DNA from: Candidatus Iainarchaeum sp. | GTDB taxonomy: Archaea > Iainarchaeota > Iainarchaeia > Iainarchaeales > CSSED10-239 | Length of the DNA stretch: 21,397 nucleotides | Direction of reading: 5' to 3' | Assembly: GCA_003559395.1 (NCBI GenBank) | Contig: PWLL01000055.1 | Coordinates: forward strand, 1-21,397 | Shown here: in pieces, positions 15,856-21,397 of the stretch | Numbering within the stretch: position 1 is the first letter of the stretch | Layout: every line of letters begins with the position of its first letter | Translations under genes and position numbers: made by a program | The notes under the pieces: model-generated | The model's database searches: none | The model's input: the letters and a program-made list of their open reading frames with translations, nothing else | Told to the model about the DNA's origin: nothing

Positions 15856-16653
15856 TTATACAAAAACTAAAACTAAATAAATAAAACCCAAGATATAACA
15901 AAACACAGCAAAATTTATTTTCTCTACAACTTTTAATAAAATATCAATAGTAAAATAACCAACCACAAAAGAAACAAAAATAGAAACTAATAAAAAAACA
16001 TTAAAAGAAGAAATGCCATTTAAAATAACATACGCAAGTTCTGCAATAATAACAGTAGGAACAGATAATAAAAAACTATACTTTAAAGCATCCTTTGGAG
16101 AAAACTTTTTAAAAACTAAAGCAGAAGTTGTTATTCCTGATCTGCTTATGCCAGGAAAAATTGCAAAACTCTGTAAAAAACCAACAAAGATTGCAGATTT
16201 TGTGGTTAGTTTTTTTTGAACATTTTTTTTATTTTTTGTATAGCTTTGTATTAGACCTGTAACAATTAATAACAAAGCAACAACTAAAGTAATCGCTTTA
16301 ATACTTAATAAAGTCATACTCTTATAAACAAAATAAAGTGCAGAAAACATAAGAATCGTAACAAAAACAGAGATAATAATGAATCTTAGTTCTTTTGTTT
16401 TTTTTGTATCTTTAAAAACGTTTCTTAAATTGTTGTAAGAAAATAAACTAAACAAATATTTTCTAAAATAAACAACTGCAGAAAAAACAGTACCAATATG
16501 TAAATAAACAGAATAGTCTAATGCTAAAGAAACAGGAACATCTAAAACATTAGTAAGAAAAATTATTAAATTTCCTTGTGAGCTTATTGGTAACCACTCG
16601 ATGACTCCTTGAAGAACACCAATAAAAACATACTGTAAAAATTGTGTAAACAT
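15856..16653 (-). CDS. uppP: Undecaprenyl/polyprenyl-diphosphate phosphatase (UppP/BacA family)
   Basis: 265-aa polytopic membrane protein with motif 1 EWLPISSQGN and motif 2 FPGISRSGITTS. Confidence 0.88.
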   Translation of the reverse strand: MFTQFLQYVFIGVLQGVIEWLPISSQGNLIIFLTNVLDVPVSLALDYSVYLHIGTVFSAVVYFRKYLFSLFSYNNLRNVFKDTKKTKELRFIIISVFVTILMFSALYFVYKSMTLLSIKAITLVVALLLIVTGLIQSYTKNKKNVQKKLTTKSAIFVGFLQSFAIFPGISRSGITTSALVFKKFSPKDALKYSFLLSVPTVIIAELAYVILNGISSFNVFLLVSIFVSFVVGYFTIDILLKVVEKINFAVFCYILGFIYLVLVFV

Positions 16654-16735
16654 TTTTAAAAACCAATTATTTTATATTGTTTAACCTTATATATATTTAT
16701 AGAGCTATACATTTATAAAATAAAACGAAAAAACT

Positions 16736-17179
16736 ATGAATAAATTTTATCATATACTCTGGGCTGTTGTTGCTTTTTTTATTGTTTTATTTATTTCTGG
16801 TGAGTTTATTTTTGCAGATGGGCCAGTTGTTCTAATGTCTTTGTTAATATGTATGGTTTATTCATTAATACCAGATCTAGATCTTAAAAATTCATGGATA
16901 AAACAACAATTTAACAGAATTGTTTTGTATCTTTTGATAATGTCTGCAATCATCTATCTCTTTACAGGAACAGGAACCTTATTGTTTTTGATTGGAATTT
17001 TAATTTTTATAGAAATTATTTTACAAATACTAAAACATAGAACCATCACACACTCTCCAATATTTGGAATAATCTTATCTTTACCACTTCTTTTGATTGA
17101 TTATCCAAACATTGGTTATTTTATTGGTGGACTAATCGGAATACTATCTCACTGGGTTGTAGACCATATTAAAAAATAA
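16736..17179 (+). CDS. Membrane-bound metal-dependent hydrolase-like protein (YdjM/DUF457-like)
   Basis: 147 aa with about four TM segments. IPDLD, HRTITHSP and a C-terminal SHWVVDH resemble the DUF457 His/Asp pattern. Confidence 0.55.
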   Translation: MNKFYHILWAVVAFFIVLFISGEFIFADGPVVLMSLLICMVYSLIPDLDLKNSWIKQQFNRIVLYLLIMSAIIYLFTGTGTLLFLIGILIFIEIILQILKHRTITHSPIFGIILSLPLLLIDYPNIGYFIGGLIGILSHWVVDHIKK

Positions 17180-17184
17180 GAAAA

Positions 17185-18135
17185 CTATTTTTTAGAAAGA
17201 AGAACAGCAAACATCATTATAACAATAATTACAATTAATATAGTTTTTAGATTTAATTGACCAATATCAGATAAATTACCTAAACTAAAAAAACCAGAAA
17301 TATTTAAAAAAGAATCATTTGGGTCTTCAGAAACTTCATCTTCAAAAACATTATCTAAAAAAATAAAAACAGAAATTGGTTTTAAATGATAAGATTCATA
17401 TTTGTCTTTTGCAAAACAATTAATAATGTGTTTTTCTGTAAATTGTTCTTGTTTATCTAATGAAACATGCAGTTTGTTTTTTCCTTCAACTCCTCTAGTT
17501 ATTTTTGTTTTAAGGTTTTCTGAAGTTTCACATACTAAACTATAGTGATCATATTCATAAGAATCAATTAAAAAATCAACATCAACTATAAAAACTTGAT
17601 TAATATCTGTAAACTCTATAACTCTATCAGATAAAGTATATCCTAAAAATCGAGGTTTTCTTCCTGTTTTTGTTAAATAATCAATTTCTTCATTATTTGC
17701 TTTAAAATAAAAATATTTCTTTTGAATATCTAAAAGATTATCAAACTCATCAAACAAACTAAAAGTTAAAACAACTCTTGTTGTTTTGTTTTGATAATTG
17801 TTTGGGTTTGCTGTTAGTGAAAAAGAAATGTTTGGGTTTTCTCTAAAGAAAAGTTTGTTGTTAGATGTTGTAAAACTTATGTTAGAAGAAGAATCTAAAG
17901 AATCTAAATCTACAGTTATATATGGTTCTTGCATTTGGTTAAGACCTTGTTTTTTGTAAGAAGTATTAATATTAAAGAAAATCTCTTTAGAAGCATTCTT
18001 AGAGATGTAGAAAATGTTTTCTTGATCAGCTTGAGTTTGTTGAGTAATATTTAAAGAATACGCATAAACATTACTTACGAATAAACAAAAAGCAAAAATC
18101 ATAAATATTTTTGAAAAAATTATAAATTGTTTCAT
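17185..18135 (-). CDS. Secreted, C-terminally membrane-anchored surface protein (hypothetical)
   Basis: 316 aa. It has an N-terminal Sec-type signal (MKQFIIFSKIFMIFAFCLFVSNVYA/YS) and a C-terminal TM helix with a basic tail (ILIVIIVIMMFAVLLSKK). Nine N-x-S/T sequons are present. No family is recognised. Confidence 0.7.
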   Translation of the reverse strand: MKQFIIFSKIFMIFAFCLFVSNVYAYSLNITQQTQADQENIFYISKNASKEIFFNINTSYKKQGLNQMQEPYITVDLDSLDSSSNISFTTSNNKLFFRENPNISFSLTANPNNYQNKTTRVVLTFSLFDEFDNLLDIQKKYFYFKANNEEIDYLTKTGRKPRFLGYTLSDRVIEFTDINQVFIVDVDFLIDSYEYDHYSLVCETSENLKTKITRGVEGKNKLHVSLDKQEQFTEKHIINCFAKDKYESYHLKPISVFIFLDNVFEDEVSEDPNDSFLNISGFFSLGNLSDIGQLNLKTILIVIIVIMMFAVLLSKK

Positions 18136-18198
18136 AGTTGTTCACTAAATAATTTAGTTTAGTTACTTTATTTAAATATATGCTTTTTGGAAAAATAA

Positions 18199-18285
18199 CG
18201 CAAGGGATGGGATTCGAACCCATGGACAAGAAAACTTGTCACTTGGTTTCGAGCCAAGCACTTTCGACCACTCAGTCACCCTTGC
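18199..18285 (-). tRNA. tRNA-Ser (anticodon CGA), class II with long variable arm
   Basis: The minus strand folds as acceptor GCAAGGG/CCCUUGC, 3-bp D stem ACU/AGU, and anticodon stem CUUGG/CCAAG with loop CUCGAAA. The variable arm is ACAAG-UUUU-CUUGU, the T arm AUGGG-UUCGAAU-CCCAU, and the discriminator G. No CCA is encoded and no intron is present. Confidence 0.9.
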
Positions 18286-18575
18286 AAAGAAGAGTTTATT
18301 GATTCTAACAAAAGAGCTAAAATCTCATAAGCTTCTTCTTTTGTAGACACTCTAACAATAATCTTAAGATTGTTAAAAATAGTTGTTTCACCAAACTTAC
18401 TCTTAATAATAACAAAAAAAGGAGAACTATCTTTTTCTAGATATATGTTTTTGTGTTTTATAGATTTTACAAAACTATCTAAATCGACTTTTGTAGATCT
18501 TCTACACAAAAACTCAAAACCAGGTGTTGCAACACACGGATCTAAGATAAAATCATCTTTGCTTAGTTGCTTCAT
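18276..18575 (-). CDS. Hypothetical 99-aa protein, coupled to the upstream HerA-like ATPase gene
   Basis: The ATG has a GGAG 6 nt upstream and starts 18 nt after the ATPase TAG. The sequence looks like a small alpha/beta domain (…FFVIIKSKFGETTIFNNLKIIVRVSTKEEAYEILALL…). The TGA stop lies 10 nt inside the tRNA-Ser 5' end. No family is recognised. Confidence 0.6.
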   Translation of the reverse strand: MKQLSKDDFILDPCVATPGFEFLCRRSTKVDLDSFVKSIKHKNIYLEKDSSPFFVIIKSKFGETTIFNNLKIIVRVSTKEEAYEILALLLESINSSLQG

Positions 18576-18593
18576 AAACTACTCCATAAACAC

Positions 18594-21206
18594 CTATAAC
18601 AACATGCCCAAAACAGCATCTACAACAACTACTCTTTCCTTAAAATTACTATCCACAAAAACTATATGCCAAACAGGCCAATAAATCTCATCAACAGAAG
18701 TAATTTCTATATCTGCCCATAACCTCTCTAAAAGAGAAGTTATCTTCTCAGAAGAAACTTTTGAATCAACTATGTTGTTAAAAGAAAGTTGTTTTTTAGT
18801 TTGTGGCAAATCATTTAAAGACTCAAGAATCTTATGTTCTGGATTGTAAGGAAGATCAAAGTTTTTAGAAAGCCTATAAACTTCAACATCATGTTTTACA
18901 GAAACATCTAAGATCTTTTTTTCTTTAAACAAAGAAATATTTTTTTTAAGTTCTTCTTCAGACAAATTAACTTCTTGTGTTAAAGAATAGACGGTACTTT
19001 GTTTTTTAAGAAGTTTTAACAAATAAAGTTGTTCATCAGAAAAAACATCAACAAGCAACAACCCTTTAGAAAACTTAAAAGAATCACCTGTAAAATGAAC
19101 AAACTCTTTTTTCATAGAATCAACATAACACGTTTTTTTTCTAAAATGTTCTTCTGAAGAATAGTGATTGTAAGCAAGCTTGTATATTCTACTATGTTTT
19201 ATAAAAGAATCATTTATACTTTCTTTTTGTTTTACAAAAAATAATTTTTTAGGAATTGTTTTTCTTGCAATATTTTCTGCAATCTCTCTGGAGATTCTTT
19301 GAGGAAGGCAATGACAGATTTCTTGTTCTTCTTTAGGAGGAATTATATCTTCAATTTCTTTTTCTAAAGAAACATCTTCTTTGCCTTTATTTTCTAAAGC
19401 CTCAACCTGTTCCTTAATCACATCTATGTCTTTTTCAGAAACTTTAGGTGTTGTTTTTGAAAAAAACAACAAACCATCTTTAAGCACAACATCATTTTCT
19501 CTTAATTTTTGTAAAATTTTCTTCCAAGAAACAGATTTGTGGTATTTTATGTTTACAACATCTAGTATGTCTTTTGCATAATGCTCTTTAATCTGTGTTG
19601 ATTTCTCAATCTTAGAGATTATAAGAACGGTTGCTTTATCAATAATCTCTTCTTCACTAAGATCATCTACAACTCTGATAGTCTCTGTATCTCTTCCTTC
19701 ATGTTGACTTAACCTTGGTTTTACTTTTAAAATAAAAGCTCTTGAAGTTTCTTCACAACGATCACCAACAAGCGCAACACCAACAGGCAAAGTTTTTATG
19801 AAGTTTGGTTTTTTATATTCTTCTGGAATTATTGCAGGCATTCTCTTATGAATCGCATTAATATCATCATTAAAAACAAGCTTATGACTTATAAAAATAT
19901 CAACTTGTGATAAGACTTTGTTATTTATAGCAGAAGGTTGTTGTGTTGCAAAAACTAAAGAACAACCAGGACGTCTTCCTTGTTTAACATACTCAATAAT
20001 AGATGCAGTTGCTGGAGTTTGTGTGTTTCCAGAAGGAATCAGAGTGTGTGCTTCATCAATATACAACCATGTTGGTGGAATCTCAATCTCTAGTAGAAGA
20101 TCAGGATTTTGTTCTGCAGAATCTAGTTTTTTAACAGCATCTTGTCTAGTTACTAGTTTTCTTGCAGATAAGATTCTTCTAGCAAGTATGCCTATAACCA
20201 AAGCAGTTATATTATCGTCCAAAAAACTAGTGTCCAAGATAGTGAGTTGTTTTTCTCTTGCAAGTTTAGTTAATGGAGTTCCATGATCACTAAAAATACC
20301 CCAGGACTTAGCAGCTTCAAATCTTGAAACTAATGCTCTTATTGAATCTGGCTTATATCCTTTTTGAGAAGACTTATAATCAATATTGTTTCTTAAACAA
20401 AAAATAATGTCCTCTAAAGTAAACTGAGACCCCTTAGGCAAGATTTCTTTTAGTTCTGCATCTGTTTTTTCATCACCTGCAACATATCCATCACTTACAA
20501 AAGTTAAAGTTTTTTCAAGTAAAAGACCAGTAGGACTAAAACGATCAATTCCAAAAGTTAAACACCAATCTTCAACATTCAAAAGTGAAGGATACAAAGA
20601 AAAGGTTTCATCATACGTTTCTTTAGAAATTTGATTTGCAACACCCTCAGGCACAAAAACTTTAAGGTTCTTTAAACCTTTTGGTTCTAGATTCCACTCT
20701 TTTAAAATTTCAAGCTCTTTTTTTTCTTTATTAGGATATTTCATAGACCAAAAAACACCAACAGGATCAACAACAATCTGACCAATATAGTCGTTTGTTT
20801 GTGCAAGTTCTTCAGCAATAACTCCTAGACCATAACTTTTTCCAGAACCCCTAGAACCATCAATAAAAACAACGTGTGGGTTAAGTCCATCAAGTCTTAC
20901 TTTTTGATTAAGTTTATCTTCTTCAACTACTTTTCCTAAAAAAGCACTTGCTTTTTTTCCATATTGTTTAAGCACTGATTTTTTTCTACCAATATAAACA
21001 AAAGAAGCATCATCTAGATCTTCAAGAAACTTAAGAGACGGTTTTATTTTGTTTTCTGGTTTTGCTGTTTCGTTTTTTTTTAGATTGTGATTTGGGATAT
21101 AGGTCTCTTGATCTTCTGTTTCTGAAGAATCTTTATTATCTTCTGTATTTTCTTTAAAATCATCAACTAGATCTTTTCCATTCGAAGTATATTTTTTTAC
21201 AGTCAT
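18594..21206 (-). CDS. HerA/FtsK-superfamily (DUF87-like) P-loop ATPase with long C-terminal wHTH-containing extension
   Basis: 870 aa. Walker A is GSRGSGKS (nt 20835-20858) and Walker B is WLYIDEAH (DE within nt 20046-20066). The HerA-type block GRRPGCSLVFATQQPSAINNKVLSQVDIFISHKL is present. The N-terminal ~65 aa are charged and low-complexity. Residues ~510-870 are unassigned, and no TM segments are evident. Confidence 0.85.
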   Translation of the reverse strand: MTVKKYTSNGKDLVDDFKENTEDNKDSSETEDQETYIPNHNLKKNETAKPENKIKPSLKFLEDLDDASFVYIGRKKSVLKQYGKKASAFLGKVVEEDKLNQKVRLDGLNPHVVFIDGSRGSGKSYGLGVIAEELAQTNDYIGQIVVDPVGVFWSMKYPNKEKKELEILKEWNLEPKGLKNLKVFVPEGVANQISKETYDETFSLYPSLLNVEDWCLTFGIDRFSPTGLLLEKTLTFVSDGYVAGDEKTDAELKEILPKGSQFTLEDIIFCLRNNIDYKSSQKGYKPDSIRALVSRFEAAKSWGIFSDHGTPLTKLAREKQLTILDTSFLDDNITALVIGILARRILSARKLVTRQDAVKKLDSAEQNPDLLLEIEIPPTWLYIDEAHTLIPSGNTQTPATASIIEYVKQGRRPGCSLVFATQQPSAINNKVLSQVDIFISHKLVFNDDINAIHKRMPAIIPEEYKKPNFIKTLPVGVALVGDRCEETSRAFILKVKPRLSQHEGRDTETIRVVDDLSEEEIIDKATVLIISKIEKSTQIKEHYAKDILDVVNIKYHKSVSWKKILQKLRENDVVLKDGLLFFSKTTPKVSEKDIDVIKEQVEALENKGKEDVSLEKEIEDIIPPKEEQEICHCLPQRISREIAENIARKTIPKKLFFVKQKESINDSFIKHSRIYKLAYNHYSSEEHFRKKTCYVDSMKKEFVHFTGDSFKFSKGLLLVDVFSDEQLYLLKLLKKQSTVYSLTQEVNLSEEELKKNISLFKEKKILDVSVKHDVEVYRLSKNFDLPYNPEHKILESLNDLPQTKKQLSFNNIVDSKVSSEKITSLLERLWADIEITSVDEIYWPVWHIVFVDSNFKERVVVVDAVLGMLL

Positions 21207-21295
21207 AAATAATCTTTGTTTATAAAATATATTTTGTTAATATATAAATATAGATAGAAATATTATAAATTACTTTGGTTTAAGAAAAATCTGCG

Positions 21296-21310
21296 AAAAA
21301 AAAGAAAAAA
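21296..21310 (-). terminator. Oligo-T terminator after tRNA-Ser(UGA)
   Basis: The minus strand immediately 3' of the tRNA reads TTTTTT C TTTTTTTT. Confidence 0.5.
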
Positions 21311-21393
21311 CGCAGAGGACGAGATTTGAACTCGCGTAGTCGTAAGACTCCAGGTCTCAAGCCTGGTGCGTTTGACCGCTCCGCCACCTCTGC
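21311..21393 (-). tRNA. tRNA-Ser (anticodon UGA), class II
   Basis: The minus strand folds as acceptor GCAGAGG/CCUCUGC, D stem GCG/CGC, and anticodon stem CCAGG/CCUGG with loop CUUGAGA. It has a 14-nt variable arm, T arm GCGAG-UUCAAAU-CUCGU and discriminator G. No CCA is encoded. Confidence 0.88.
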
Positions 21394-21397
21394 AAAA

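Noticed and set aside
17185-18135. Archaeosortase (PGF-CTERM) sorting signal in the surface protein
   Set aside because: A C-terminal TM helix plus basic tail is present, but there is no PGF or PEF tripeptide immediately before it. The nearest SGFF is about 20 residues upstream.
18199-21393. tRNA-Ser-bracketed segment as an integrated mobile element or genomic island
   Set aside because: The segment has no integrase, transposase or recombinase. I found no direct repeat of either tRNA 3' half, and no visible compositional break relative to flanking core genes. The two tRNAs are distinct isoacceptors rather than an att duplication.

Overview
The window is strongly AT-rich and densely packed, with about 25 protein genes, one 5S rRNA and two tRNA-Ser genes. 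Gene content is clearly archaeal: TBP, family-B DNA polymerase, AglB/STT3, L21e, Rpo4/F, Spt5, Sec61-gamma, and the conserved strings ftsZ-secE-spt5-rpl11 and rpl21e-rpoF-DUF655-ksgA. Tiny intergenic spacers, convergent genes that overlap at their stop codons, an orphan 5S gene, FtsZ, and two enzymes of the AMP/ribose-1,5-bisphosphate salvage route together suggest a small-genome, DPANN-like archaeon; that assignment is an inference. I saw no CRISPR array, transposase, integrase or obvious defence island, so most of the window is core housekeeping. The least explained locus is at 18276..21206, bracketed by the two tRNA-Ser genes. It holds an 870-aa HerA/FtsK-superfamily P-loop ATPase with a roughly 360-aa C-terminal extension built from a duplicated wHTH-like plus beta-rich module. 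A 99-aa protein of unknown function follows 18 nt downstream. No NurA, Mre11 or Rad50 partner is present. The second notable item is an in-frame TAA that interrupts the otherwise intact RNA polymerase subunit Rpo4/F gene. Further oddities are non-canonical active-site motifs in PolB and UppP, and a PIP-box-bearing Nre-like protein. All calls come from reading motifs and gene order by eye; no database search was possible.
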